Source of the DNA: Candidatus Latescibacterota bacterium
GTDB taxonomy: Bacteria > Latescibacterota > MVCY01 > DTYK01
Assembly (NCBI GenBank): GCA_012961925.1
Contig: DTYK01000230.1
Location: 797-64,796 of the forward strand
DNA: 64,000 bases
Reading direction: 5' to 3'
The stretch's first letter is position 1. Each line of letters starts with the position of its first letter. Under the pieces are notes generated by a model. It did not search any database and was not told the DNA's origin. It saw only the letters and a list, made by a program, of their open reading frames with translations. Made by a program: the position numbers and the translations under genes. Below, piece by piece: positions 29,435 through 39,677 of this stretch.

Positions 29435-32302
29435 TCAGGTTTCCAGATCAAACCACTCCAGAATACCCTTAACCATCTCATCCGCTGATCTAAAGACAGC
29501 ATGTTTTCCTGGAAGTGAGTTCATAAAGACTGCCCCGTAATCCCTTGTGAGTACCCGGTTGTCCAGTATGACGACCACGCCCCTGTCGGTCCGATTCCTT
29601 ATGAGTCTCCCAAAACCCTGGCGGAGTTTTATCACTGCCTCGGGCAATGAATAATTATAGAATGGGTTCACCCCCTGTTGCTCCAGTCTCTCTATCCGTG
29701 CGGCAACAATGGGTTCGGTGGGAACCGCAAAGGGGAGCTTAACGATCACAAGCACCTCCAGGGCCTCGCCCGGCAGGTCCACACCCTCCCAGAAGCTCTC
29801 CGTGCCAAAAAGGACAGAGCCCGGCTCTTCAATAAACTGGGTCATGATGTTGGAACGGGAACCGTCAAGACCCTGACCAAGAAGGGCAATCCCTTCGGTA
29901 TCTGCAAAATCCTTCAGACTACTATAAGATTCGTTTAGCATTGCATAGGACGTGAAGAGGACAAGTGCCCCTTTCCTGATCTTCCCCGTCAGATTCTGGA
30001 TGATCTCATCGATCGAACTCTGGAACAGAGGAGACCCTGGCGGCGGAACCCAGGATGGGATACAGAGCAGACTCTGTTTTTTATAGTCGAAAGGCGACCC
30101 CAGAGCCAGGAGTTTCACCCTGCCATTACACCCGGGATCAATACCGAGTCTGCTGGTAAAATAGCTGAAATCACCGCCGACAGTGATGGTCGCCGAAGTG
30201 AAGACTATAGTTTTTAATCTGCTATACAGCCGGGACGACAAAAGAGGTGAAACATCGATGGGAGCGGCGCAAAGCCTGGTATCAAAGCTCTCCTCTCTTG
30301 CAGGCAGCTCGACCCAGTAAACATAATCGTCATCTTCGGCAGCAAGGAGAAAGGCAAAGTCATCGCAGATCTCCTGACAATCCATATATCTTCCCTCAAG
30401 ACTGGTTGTCAATTCCTCCTGCATCCTGAAAGTACCGTCTGGCAGACCCTTCAGCCACATACAGAACTCATACACCTCTGACCCCAATCGCTCCAGCAGA
30501 TGAAGGTAGTTCTCTAATCCACCATGGATAAGCTTAAAGACCCCTTCTTCCTTCTTATACCTTATCTTCTGGGAGCGAGGTGTGCTGTTATCGCCGAAGT
30601 AGTCCCTCACCTCCTTTGTCAGGTTCCGGAAAAGTTCTTGACCCTCCTGCCAGGCCGCCTTTGAGATCTCAATGAGCATCCTTATTCGTGAGAGGGAACT
30701 CTCAAGCATAAGCTGATCGACTTCCGAGTCCGTTAGAAGCTGCCTGATGGTGACCAACATTCCGGTTTCAGCGAGCTCCTTAGAGTAAAGACTGCGGACT
30801 AACGTCCTGATCCTCCATACATCCATCTGGCGTCCCAGGTACTGCGTTGCCACTTTTTCAACGTTATGCGCCTCATCGAGGATGAGATGTTCATAGTCGG
30901 CCAGCACAGCATTTTCGGATGCAAGGTCTGAGAATAGCAGCGAGTGGTTGACCACGACGATATGGGACTTGAGGGCCGCTTTCCTCACCTTTGTGACGAA
31001 ACATCTGTTATGATATTTACACCTCTGTCCAAGACAATAGTTACTTTCGGCGCAGATCTTGCCCCATAAGGTTGCATTTCTGAATCCCCTAAGCCCGTTG
31101 TTTTCGGCTATATCACCCGTGGTGGTCTCCTCCAGCCAGGTTAAGACAGCTACGGCTGCTCTCCTTTCGTCGTCTGAGAACGCGGTTTCAACCTGGCTCA
31201 GGGCCGTGTACCACTTGTTAAGGCAGATGTAGTTCGATCGTCCTTTGAGAAGCGTTGACCCAAAAGGTATAGCCAGAATCCTGGCCAGCTCTGGCAAGTC
31301 TTTGTAGAACAATTGTTCCTGGAGGTTTTTGGTATTGGTCGAGACGACCACCCGGCTTCTATTATTAACCGACCAGTAGATGGCTGGAACAAGGTAGGCG
31401 AGCGACTTCCCGGTGCCTGTTCCGGCTTCTACCACAAGCCATTGTGAGTTGTTGAACGTCTCGGCAACAACCCGCGCCATGACAAGTTGTTGATCTCTCT
31501 TCTCATAACCCTTAAGGCATCTGCTGAGGACCCCCTGCTCGGCAAAGATGGAGCAGATCAGGTCCACATCTATCCTCTCAGGTAGCTTCCCTTCAGAGCT
31601 CAGGTCAGAGGATGAAACGGCCAGTCCCTCCACATTAAACAGCTCCCTCAGGTACGAGACGTCGGTCTCTCGGGCCCTGATCTTGGTCCGTGGAACCCTC
31701 CTGATGAGAGAACCGGTGACCTCACGTAGGATGTACTCCAGACTGGAACCTGTCCCCTGCGCTATCCTGAGCATCTCCTGAACAGTAGCCAGATCCTTAT
31801 CCATGAGGGTATCGATCAACCGCAGGAACGCCAGGGCCAGTCCACGGGCATCGTTCAGAGCCCGATGGCTTTGGTCTTCGCCTATCCTAAGAAATCGGAT
31901 AAGCGTTCGAAGTCTATGATTAATCAACCTCGGCAAGACACAGCGGGCTAACTCCAGACAATCCCAGACCGGACGCACATTATGGAAGCCGGGATGTCTC
32001 CTGAGAAAGGCAAGGTCAAAGGGAGCGTTATAGGAGACAAGGGGATATTCGCCTATAAATTCCCTGAAGCTTGATAATGCCTGAGAGAGCTCAGGAGAAC
32101 CCCTTACATCATCGTCTGATATCCCTGTCAGTCGGGTGATAGAGGGAGGGATTGAGCCAGAAGGTCTGACCAGATGGTCAAACTCCCCGGCGACCTCTCC
32201 TTCCTCTACCTTGACCGCACCAATCTCGATTATCTCAGCAACCTCCGGGTCTAATCCGGTTGTCTCCAGATCAAATGCTACAAATGTATTCAAAACCGAC
32301 AT
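29435..32302 (-). CDS. dinG: DinG-family ATP-dependent helicase with N-terminal DnaQ-like 3'-5' exonuclease domain
   Basis: 955-aa protein. The N-terminus FVAFDLETTGLDPEVAEIIEIGAV is a DEDD exonuclease; helicase motifs (DEAHN, GTGKS), an Fe-S Cys cluster (CLGQRCKYHNRC) and a C-terminal helicase domain follow. Confidence 0.85.
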   Translation of the reverse strand: MSVLNTFVAFDLETTGLDPEVAEIIEIGAVKVEEGEVAGEFDHLVRPSGSIPPSITRLTGISDDDVRGSPELSQALSSFREFIGEYPLVSYNAPFDLAFLRRHPGFHNVRPVWDCLELARCVLPRLINHRLRTLIRFLRIGEDQSHRALNDARGLALAFLRLIDTLMDKDLATVQEMLRIAQGTGSSLEYILREVTGSLIRRVPRTKIRARETDVSYLRELFNVEGLAVSSSDLSSEGKLPERIDVDLICSIFAEQGVLSRCLKGYEKRDQQLVMARVVAETFNNSQWLVVEAGTGTGKSLAYLVPAIYWSVNNRSRVVVSTNTKNLQEQLFYKDLPELARILAIPFGSTLLKGRSNYICLNKWYTALSQVETAFSDDERRAAVAVLTWLEETTTGDIAENNGLRGFRNATLWGKICAESNYCLGQRCKYHNRCFVTKVRKAALKSHIVVVNHSLLFSDLASENAVLADYEHLILDEAHNVEKVATQYLGRQMDVWRIRTLVRSLYSKELAETGMLVTIRQLLTDSEVDQLMLESSLSRIRMLIEISKAAWQEGQELFRNLTKEVRDYFGDNSTPRSQKIRYKKEEGVFKLIHGGLENYLHLLERLGSEVYEFCMWLKGLPDGTFRMQEELTTSLEGRYMDCQEICDDFAFLLAAEDDDYVYWVELPAREESFDTRLCAAPIDVSPLLSSRLYSRLKTIVFTSATITVGGDFSYFTSRLGIDPGCNGRVKLLALGSPFDYKKQSLLCIPSWVPPPGSPLFQSSIDEIIQNLTGKIRKGALVLFTSYAMLNESYSSLKDFADTEGIALLGQGLDGSRSNIMTQFIEEPGSVLFGTESFWEGVDLPGEALEVLVIVKLPFAVPTEPIVAARIERLEQQGVNPFYNYSLPEAVIKLRQGFGRLIRNRTDRGVVVILDNRVLTRDYGAVFMNSLPGKHAVFRSADEMVKGILEWFDLET

Positions 32303-32325
32303 ATCATATCACCCGGGTAGTCCTT

Positions 32326-33348
32326 TCAATGGGGCAACAGTCGCTCAAGGGCTTCCAGAACCATTTCAGGAGTGATCTGCTCCATACAGATCCGTCTCTT
32401 TAATCTGCAGTCTCCCTCCCCATGCAAGCTACAGGGACTACAGGAAAGATTTCTACTGATCACAATGTCTTTCTCGCCCAGGGGCGAAAAACCAAGTTTC
32501 GGGTGGGTCGGACCGAAGATTGAAACCACCGGCACACCTAAGGCAGTTGCAATGTGCATAGGTCCACTGTCGTTGGATAAAAAGAGCCTGCAGAAGCTTA
32601 TGGCTGCCATCAGTTCCTGGATATCTAATCTTGCGGTCATATCAATAGGTCGTCTTCTCATCCAGGATAGAATTTCTCTGACAAACGGTACATCATCCTT
32701 ATCGCCAAGGATCAGGACCTTTGTCTCCCTCCTCTGGAGGAGGCTGTCGCAAACCGAAGCAAACCCTTCAGCCCTCCACCTTTTAGCCTTCCATCTGGCA
32801 CCAGGGCTCACCCCGACCAAGATATCATCACCAGATAGACCGCTCTCTATCAGAAGATCTCTCACCCTGTGTCTGGTCGTTGCATCGACGTAGAGCTTTG
32901 GCTTCCTCGGGCTATCCCTGATACCCAACCCTCTCACGGCATCAAGGTAGAGGTCAACTGTATGCCTGGGTTGAAAGTTGAGCCATTTGAGGTGAACCAT
33001 TGCCCATCTAATAAGGTGTCTCTTGTGATAGTGAACCTTTCTGTCAGCAGATACAAGGTTCCTGATAAGAAGGCTTCTGAGGTTGGAATGGATGTCTACG
33101 ATGGTATCAAAATTCTTCTTTCTAAGAGACCTCACAAGTTGTAGAAGATGGGGATGACCGGGGTGCAGAGGTATAACATGGGTGATGCGAGGGTCGCAAC
33201 TATACAGGCCGGCGTATTCAGACTTCACCAGGATGGAGAGGAGGGCTTGCGGTAGTCTTCTTTTAATAGCCCCGATAACAACAGATGCCAGAACAACATC
33301 TCCAAGGGAGCTCAGCCTGATCACCAGGATCCTCTCGGGGGTTCTCAA
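32326..33348 (-). CDS. glycosyltransferase family 9 (LPS heptosyltransferase-like)
   Basis: ILVIRLSSLGDVVLA N-terminal GT9 motif and a C-terminal GT-B domain. The start is uncertain (TTG at 33348 or GTG at 33324); the ORF-track N-terminal extension is non-homologous and overlaps the upstream gene. Confidence 0.75.
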   Translation of the reverse strand: MRTPERILVIRLSSLGDVVLASVVIGAIKRRLPQALLSILVKSEYAGLYSCDPRITHVIPLHPGHPHLLQLVRSLRKKNFDTIVDIHSNLRSLLIRNLVSADRKVHYHKRHLIRWAMVHLKWLNFQPRHTVDLYLDAVRGLGIRDSPRKPKLYVDATTRHRVRDLLIESGLSGDDILVGVSPGARWKAKRWRAEGFASVCDSLLQRRETKVLILGDKDDVPFVREILSWMRRRPIDMTARLDIQELMAAISFCRLFLSNDSGPMHIATALGVPVVSIFGPTHPKLGFSPLGEKDIVISRNLSCSPCSLHGEGDCRLKRRICMEQITPEMVLEALERLLPH

Positions 33349-33902
33349 CTTCCCTCCCTCTTCAGCCCTATGGAGTGCAACATCCTGATCAGGTCCTGGC
33401 ACATGCTGATAATCGACCCGCCTAGCCGCTTCGGTTGATATGCGATGTTGAAGAAAGGAGTTCCCTTTGAGCTTCCAAACCCTGCAGTAATGCGAGCACC
33501 GCTTTGCGCACATAGATAGGCCGTTGGAAGAAAGAATTCCCTGTGAAAATCAATCGCTATATCTACCCTCTCAGACTTAATCCTCTCAATGACCCGTCCT
33601 TTTGGCAAAAGGAACAATCCAAGGTCACTTCTGGAGAGCGTGAGGATCTCGGTCCTTGGATAGTATTGGACTACTGCCTCCGGACGGTCGGTATCGACCA
33701 GTATGACCGCCCCCGAAGGTACGAGGTCTTCAATCAAAGGTTCAAGGATCTCCTCTACAACAAGCTCCGCCGGAAGGCAGGCCAACAGCTTCTTCGCCGA
33801 TCGAAGAGTCTTATTAATATCAATCATCCCCATCCCCGGGTATAACTTCAGCTTCGCCCACGCCACCAATGTACCCGCTGAACTTCTTATAACATCAAGC
33901 AT
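33345..33902 (-). CDS. GT9 N-terminal-domain-only protein (truncated heptosyltransferase paralog, possible gene remnant)
   Basis: 185 aa aligning to the N-terminal half of WaaF/WaaC-type enzymes (..VDIAIDFHREFFLPTAYLCAQSGARITAGF..). The catalytic C-terminal domain is absent and the SSLGD motif is degenerate (IRSSAG). Confidence 0.4.
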   Translation of the reverse strand: MLDVIRSSAGTLVAWAKLKLYPGMGMIDINKTLRSAKKLLACLPAELVVEEILEPLIEDLVPSGAVILVDTDRPEAVVQYYPRTEILTLSRSDLGLFLLPKGRVIERIKSERVDIAIDFHREFFLPTAYLCAQSGARITAGFGSSKGTPFFNIAYQPKRLGGSIISMCQDLIRMLHSIGLKREGS

Positions 33903-33936
33903 ACCTGTCTCAAAAGTTTATTGGCTGCCGATCAGT

Positions 33937-34797
33937 CTATCTCTCATAAACTCTACCGTCCACTTCTTTGCCTTTTTCATAACAACCAAGCACTTTCATA
34001 AATGTGGCGACCTTCGTAAGCTCATCTAAAGCCTCTCGACATCTTTCTTCCCTTGTATCTCCCTCGAAATCAAGGTAAAACAGGTACTCCCAAGGCCTCC
34101 CGTATATGGGCCTCGACTCTATCTTTAGCAGGTTTATGTATCTTGTGGCAAATACTCCCAGGCTCTTATGAAGTGCGCCTGGGACATTACTGGTCGAAAA
34201 GACGATGGAGGTCTTAGGATCAGAAGCTGGTGTTGTCTCCTGTTTGGAGATGATGAGAAACCTCGTCAGGTTTCTCTGGTTGTCCTCAATCCCTGCCCTC
34301 AAGATCGCGAGGCCATAGTCGAAGGCAGCCTGAGCACTGGCCACCGCAGCTCCATCCCTCATCTGCCCGTCCCTGATCATCCTTACAGCCGCGGCTGTGT
34401 CATAGACCGTAATTAACTCCACCTGGCCCATCTTTTTGAGGAACTCCTTGCACTGGGACAGGGCCTGGGGGTGAGAATATATCCTTCTGATCCTATCCAT
34501 CCTGACCCCCGGATTCGCTATGAGATTGTGCACTATTCGCAGTTTTATCTCGCCGGTTATCGGCAGTTCGTATTCCAATAAAAGGTCGTAGTTCTCATGA
34601 ATGCTGCCGGTAAGGGAGTTCTCGATTGGGACGATGCCATGGGTGCTTTCGTCGTTCTTCACCGAGGAGAACACGCCCTCAAAGGTTGTCGTAGGGCAAA
34701 GTTTCGCTTCACATGCAAAGAATTCCCGCGCCGCAAGCTCGCTGTAAGCACCCATCTCCCCCTGGAAGGCAATCTTTGCCTCAGCCATACTTTTCAT
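33937..34797 (-). CDS. pheA: prephenate dehydratase
   Basis: PDT domain (KIAFQGEMGAYSELAA..) plus a C-terminal ACT domain with the ESRP motif. Confidence 0.85.
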   Translation of the reverse strand: MKSMAEAKIAFQGEMGAYSELAAREFFACEAKLCPTTTFEGVFSSVKNDESTHGIVPIENSLTGSIHENYDLLLEYELPITGEIKLRIVHNLIANPGVRMDRIRRIYSHPQALSQCKEFLKKMGQVELITVYDTAAAVRMIRDGQMRDGAAVASAQAAFDYGLAILRAGIEDNQRNLTRFLIISKQETTPASDPKTSIVFSTSNVPGALHKSLGVFATRYINLLKIESRPIYGRPWEYLFYLDFEGDTREERCREALDELTKVATFMKVLGCYEKGKEVDGRVYER

Positions 34798-34847
34798 GGG
34801 TTTCTCCCGTTTAGCCCTGAGTCAAAGGTAATCCTTAAATTACAATA

Positions 34848-34880
34848 CCACAGATTACACAGATTAACACAGGATTACAA
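34848..34880. repeat. tandem CACAGATTA repeats (ACCACAGATTACACAGATTAACACAGGATTA) upstream of pheA
   Basis: A related ACCACAGATTAACCCAGATTCGG lies upstream of the dehydrogenase gene at 44326-44346. Both sit 45-85 nt upstream of minus-strand start codons. Confidence 0.5.
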
Positions 34881-35939
34881 AGACATGATATCGGTTAAGG
34901 CTCGTACGAACCGCTTGTTTTCTTCCTCTTTTCCAACGGTCACCCTTAATGCCTTAGCAAGCATGGGGTACGAACTCACATCTCTTACCAGCACCCCGTG
35001 TTCAAGAAGCTTTGAAAACAGGTACTTCGCATCCAGAATGGTTTCGAAAAGGATAAAGTTCGCGTGGGATGGATAAGGTGTCACCCCTGGGATCTGCTGC
35101 AGTGTCTCATAAAGGATCTCCCGTTGGGCTATTATGTATTTAATCCGTTCCTTGATAATCATGATATTCTCTAAGACCTTCATGGCGGCCATTTGAGAGA
35201 AGAAGTTCAGATCATAGGGGAGCTTTGCCTTGGCAATCTCGCGGGTCAGTAAAGGATCGGCAATAAGGTACCCGACCCTCAGGCCTGCCAGCGAGAAGGC
35301 TTTTGAAAAGGTCCTGAGGATTATCAGATTTTTGTAGCTCTTTAAAAGCGGAAGGCAGCTTGTCCCGCTGAATTCACAGTAAGCCTCATCAACCAGTACG
35401 AGAGCATCGGTATTCTGAAGCAACAACCGAAGGTTTTCATCGGTAATAACACAACCTGTAGGATTGTTAGGTGAAGAGAGGATGAGAAGGTCGGCATCTT
35501 CTGCGGCCTCTCTGAGCGCTTCTGTATTGAAGGTGTAGTCTGTATTAAGTTTGACCTCAATCACATCGGCACCAAACAGAGTACTCATCAGTTTATACAG
35601 CGTGAAGGTTGGAACAGGAATAACCACCCTGGAACCTTTCTCTATCGAAACCATCAGAACCGACCTGATCAGCTCATTTGATCCATTGCCGACAAGGATG
35701 CCCTCCGGGTCCCACCTGACGTAATGGGCCAATTTCTGCTGAAAATCCCTTGGTACAAAGTCAGGATAACGTGCCCAGCTCCTGTCTCTGGCCAGCTCCA
35801 TAACCTGATCTTTCAAGTGGACTGGGATGTCAAAAGGGTTTTCGTTTTGATTAATCTTGATTTCGTATCGGTATTGCTCAAGGGTGTACTGGGACAGCCC
35901 CCTCACCTCCGGTCTTATCTTGTCAAGCGGACTTTTCAT
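34875..35939 (-). CDS. hisC: histidinol-phosphate aminotransferase
   Basis: 354-aa class II aminotransferase with PLP-Lys region (..RTFSKAFSLAGLRVGY..), in a his-gene context. Confidence 0.85.
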   Translation of the reverse strand: MKSPLDKIRPEVRGLSQYTLEQYRYEIKINQNENPFDIPVHLKDQVMELARDRSWARYPDFVPRDFQQKLAHYVRWDPEGILVGNGSNELIRSVLMVSIEKGSRVVIPVPTFTLYKLMSTLFGADVIEVKLNTDYTFNTEALREAAEDADLLILSSPNNPTGCVITDENLRLLLQNTDALVLVDEAYCEFSGTSCLPLLKSYKNLIILRTFSKAFSLAGLRVGYLIADPLLTREIAKAKLPYDLNFFSQMAAMKVLENIMIIKERIKYIIAQREILYETLQQIPGVTPYPSHANFILFETILDAKYLFSKLLEHGVLVRDVSSYPMLAKALRVTVGKEEENKRFVRALTDIMSL

Positions 35940-37302
35940 TCAAACCTCCGTTAGCATCCACGGGCAAATCAGGGGAGCTTCCACCCTTCTCCCTCACTTC
36001 GATTGCCCTTGCATGCCCTTCGAGCCCCTCTACACTTGCTAATCTTCGGATCAACGTTCCCTTCTTTTGTATCTTTCCCTTGGAGTATTCAATAATGCTT
36101 GAACGCTTGACGAAGTCATACACGCTAAGCGGAGAACTGTACCTTGCTGTCCCCCCTGTTGGTAGAACATGGCTCGGGCCGGCAAGATAGTCGCCCACAG
36201 GGACAGGTGAGTATGCACCCAGGAAGATGGCGCCAGCGTTCTTAACCTTTCGCAGGCACCGGCGGGGATTTTGTGTCATCAATTCCAGGTGCTCAGGGGC
36301 TATCAGGTTTACCAGCTCAATGCCTTCTTCCAGCGTCTTCACCACTATAATGGCTCCGTGGTTTTTTAGGGATTCTGCCACAATCCGCTGGCGCCTCAAC
36401 ATCTTTATCTGCCGGGCTATCTCAGCCTCTACCTCCTTGCCCAATCGGAGCGAAGTCGTGATGCAGATAGCGGTTGCCATCTGGTCATGCTCGGACTGAG
36501 CCAGGAGGTCTGCCGCAATAAACATCGGGTCTGCCGAGTCGTCCGCCAGCACAACGACCTCTGATGGACCTGCAATCATGTCGATGTCAACCACCCCATA
36601 GACATATCTTTTGGCCAGCGCTACGTAGATATTTCCTGGTCCGATGATCTTGTCCACCTTCGGAACGGTCTCCGTCCCGAAGGCCAGTGCAGCGATTGCC
36701 TGAGCTCCGCCGAGGGTATATACCTCCTTCAAGCCCAACTCTCCAAAGGTGACCAACACATGGGGGTTATCCGCAGAATTCTTGGGAGGCGTCATTACAA
36801 CGATTCTGCTCACTCCGGCAACCTTCGCCGGAACAGCGTTCATTACGATAGAGGAGGGGTAGATTGCTTTCCCACCCGGCACATAAAGGCCCACCTTCTC
36901 TATTGGACTGACCCGCTCTTCAAGGGACACCCCATCACCTTCCTCCAACCTGAAGGGTCTCATAAGCTCGTTCTCATGGTACTTCGTGATGTTCTGGATA
37001 GACTCCTGCAAAGCGAGAAGGAACTCAGCATCAACCTTTTCATAAGCAGCTTCTATTGTGGAAGGAGGGATCCTGAAGCTGCTTGGTGAAATCGACACTC
37101 CGTCAAACTCCTCTGTCAGTTTGACCAGTACCTCATCACCCATGTCCCTCACCGCATCAACAATCGCTCTGACTTCAATGTCTATATCTGGAAAGTAGAG
37201 GTTGCCACGTGAAATGACCTCTTGTACCCTTTTGTTTATCCTCTTAGTGTCATATTCTATAATCTCTATCATGCCACCATCAGCCATTTTTTCTCCCTGC
37301 AA
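35923..37302 (-). CDS. hisD: histidinol dehydrogenase
   Basis: 459-aa HisD; conserved ..GPGNIYVALAKR.. and ..SEHD.. motifs. Confidence 0.9.
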   Translation of the reverse strand: MQGEKMADGGMIEIIEYDTKRINKRVQEVISRGNLYFPDIDIEVRAIVDAVRDMGDEVLVKLTEEFDGVSISPSSFRIPPSTIEAAYEKVDAEFLLALQESIQNITKYHENELMRPFRLEEGDGVSLEERVSPIEKVGLYVPGGKAIYPSSIVMNAVPAKVAGVSRIVVMTPPKNSADNPHVLVTFGELGLKEVYTLGGAQAIAALAFGTETVPKVDKIIGPGNIYVALAKRYVYGVVDIDMIAGPSEVVVLADDSADPMFIAADLLAQSEHDQMATAICITTSLRLGKEVEAEIARQIKMLRRQRIVAESLKNHGAIIVVKTLEEGIELVNLIAPEHLELMTQNPRRCLRKVKNAGAIFLGAYSPVPVGDYLAGPSHVLPTGGTARYSSPLSVYDFVKRSSIIEYSKGKIQKKGTLIRRLASVEGLEGHARAIEVREKGGSSPDLPVDANGGLNEKSA

Positions 37303-37366
37303 TGTTCGGTAAGAGGCAGGCTTTCCTAAGCTTATACACGAGGCCTGGAAGATATACCAAACCCTA

Positions 37367-38287
37367 TCAGTATATCACCTTGTTGAGCGGATATTCTATA
37401 ATCCCCTGGGCACCAGCCTTTTTCAGTAGGGGGATGATGTCCCGGACGACCTTTTCGTCTATCACCGCTTCCACCGCAACCCAATTTTTGTCAGTAAGGT
37501 TGGACACAGTAGGGGTGTGAAGGGATGGTAACTTTTTAACGATCTCATCGAGCCGGTCCTTCTGAACGTTCATCTTCAAACCCACCTTCTCCTCTGCCTG
37601 CAGGGCACCCTGAAGTAACAGGGCGAGGTTTTCTGTCTTTTCACGTTTCCAGGGGTTCTCCCAGGCCTGTTTGTTGGCGATCAGCCTGGTAGTTGACTCC
37701 AGAACTGTCTCAATAACTCGAAGATTGTTAGCCCTGAGGGACGCCCCGGTTTCTGTCAGCTCCACGATGGCATCTGCTAACTGAGGGGGTTTCACCTCTG
37801 TTGCACCCCAGGAAAACTGTACATCCGCATGGATACCTCTCTCCTGTAGATATCGCTTCGTGAAACCCACAAGCTCCGTCGAGATCCTTTTACCCTCAAG
37901 GTCTTTCAGAGAATTGATCCGGGAGTCGCTGGGCACAGCCACCACCCATTTCACGGGACGGAATCCCGCCTTTGCATAGACCAGTTGGGCGACCTCTACT
38001 ACGTCGGATCCGGATTCCATTATCCAGTCCCTTCCGGTCAATCCCACGTCCAGGACCCCATCCTCTACATATCGAGCTATCTCCTGCGCCCGGATCAGAA
38101 GTCCCTCCATTTCAGGATCATCGATCTGAGGAACATAAGACCGGGACCCGACAGATATCCGATAGCCGGCCTTCCTGAACAGTCGGAAAGTAGCTTCCTG
38201 GAGGCTTCCTTTCGGAAGACCTATCTTCAATTTCCTGACCTCTCCCTTCTTGTATTCGTCTGATCCAGTCAACTCTCCTCCTATCAT
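37367..38287 (-). CDS. hisG: ATP phosphoribosyltransferase (long form with C-terminal regulatory domain)
   Basis: Sequence ..[23 protein letters not shown]..; 306 aa. Confidence 0.9.
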   Translation of the reverse strand: MIGGELTGSDEYKKGEVRKLKIGLPKGSLQEATFRLFRKAGYRISVGSRSYVPQIDDPEMEGLLIRAQEIARYVEDGVLDVGLTGRDWIMESGSDVVEVAQLVYAKAGFRPVKWVVAVPSDSRINSLKDLEGKRISTELVGFTKRYLQERGIHADVQFSWGATEVKPPQLADAIVELTETGASLRANNLRVIETVLESTTRLIANKQAWENPWKREKTENLALLLQGALQAEEKVGLKMNVQKDRLDEIVKKLPSLHTPTVSNLTDKNWVAVEAVIDEKVVRDIIPLLKKAGAQGIIEYPLNKVIY

Positions 38288-38328
38288 GCTACATAGAACG
38301 ACCTAATCAAATGCGCATAAACTGCCGC

Positions 38329-38440
38329 AGCTTCGCTCAAGGAGTTTAATGCTTTAGTATTTCATCTTGGGCAAGACAAACCGTTGAGTCTGTACATCTG
38401 AGGATGAAAGTCTAAAGACTTAACTCCGGCTCCATGCGCT
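38329..38440. repeat. copy B of the ~110-nt conserved intergenic element (aminotransferase-hisG spacer)
   Basis: Same element as copy A, with terminal GGAGTT...AACTCC arms and inner TTTCATC/GATGAAA arms. Confidence 0.7.
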
Positions 38441-38463
38441 TTTCAATCCAAACCCGTGGTTCT

Positions 38464-39660
38464 TCACCTCTGAAGTTTCTTGAGTCCTTCCTCGATCCTG
38501 TCCATCGCTTTCTCGATGTTCTCCAGCGAAGTGGCGTAAGAAAGTCTGATGTTAGTATCCATCCCAAATCCAGCCCCTGGCACACAGGCGACCTTCATCT
38601 CATCAAGCAGAAACTCGCAGAAATCCACGGAATCTTCTATCCTTTTACCCTTGTGAAAAAAACCATAATAGGACGAAACATCCGGAAAAACATAGAAGGC
38701 CCCCTGTGGCACAGGACAAGAGATGCCTTCGATGGAATTGAGCCTGTCAACTATATATCTCCTCCGCCTGTCGAAGGCCTCTATCATTGCGCCGACGCTA
38801 TCCTGCGGTCCGGTAAGAGCTTCAAGGGCTGCCATCTGAGCTATAGAACAGGAGTTGGACGTCTCCTGGCTCTGGATCTTCCCCATCGCCGATATTACAG
38901 CTTCCGGGCCAGCAGCGTACCCTATCCTCCACCCTGTCATTGAATAAGACTTTGACACTCCGTTCACGACCACCGTCCGCTCCACCATACCTTCTACAAG
39001 CGAGGCAATGCTACAGTGTCTTGCACCATCATAGATGATCTTCTCATAGATCTCGTCTGAGAGTACATATATACCAGCCTCCAACACAACTTCCGCCAGA
39101 GCTGCAAGCTCGTCCCTGGTATAGACGATCCCACTCGGATTCGAGGGGCTGTTTAAGATCAGAAGTTTGGTCCGCGAGGTCAGGGCACTCCTCAGATCTT
39201 GAGGTGAAACCTTCAGCCCGTTTTCCTTCGTAGGAGTGAGAACTACCGGATTGCCCCCTGCGATCCTAACCTGCTCCGGATAGCTGACCCAGTATGGCCG
39301 GGGGATTATGACCTCGTCACCTTCATCTACCAAGGCGAGGATTGCAAGGTAGATCGAATGCTTTCCACCACAACTGACAATCACCTGAGACGGATCATAT
39401 GCCAGGCCATTATCCCTTTCGAACTTTTTGCATATCGCCTTCCTCAGTTCTAATATCCCTGTGGCGGGTGTATATTTTGTGAATCCCTGATTTATAGCCC
39501 TTATTGCGGCATCCTTGATGTTCTGCGGTGTGTCAAAGTCTGGTTCTCCAGCACTCAATGATACAACATCGATGCCCTCTGCCAACATCGCCTTCGCCCT
39601 GGCAGTGATGGCAAGGGTCACCGAAGGTTTTATCCGCTGGATATTTCTGGAGATCAACAT
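38464..39660 (-). CDS. aspartate/aromatic aminotransferase (class I)
   Basis: 398-aa protein with AAT_I fold, ..SKSYSMTGWRIGY.. PLP-Lys region. Confidence 0.8.
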   Translation of the reverse strand: MLISRNIQRIKPSVTLAITARAKAMLAEGIDVVSLSAGEPDFDTPQNIKDAAIRAINQGFTKYTPATGILELRKAICKKFERDNGLAYDPSQVIVSCGGKHSIYLAILALVDEGDEVIIPRPYWVSYPEQVRIAGGNPVVLTPTKENGLKVSPQDLRSALTSRTKLLILNSPSNPSGIVYTRDELAALAEVVLEAGIYVLSDEIYEKIIYDGARHCSIASLVEGMVERTVVVNGVSKSYSMTGWRIGYAAGPEAVISAMGKIQSQETSNSCSIAQMAALEALTGPQDSVGAMIEAFDRRRRYIVDRLNSIEGISCPVPQGAFYVFPDVSSYYGFFHKGKRIEDSVDFCEFLLDEMKVACVPGAGFGMDTNIRLSYATSLENIEKAMDRIEEGLKKLQR

Positions 39661-39677
39661 CCCATTTCCCCCGTCGC

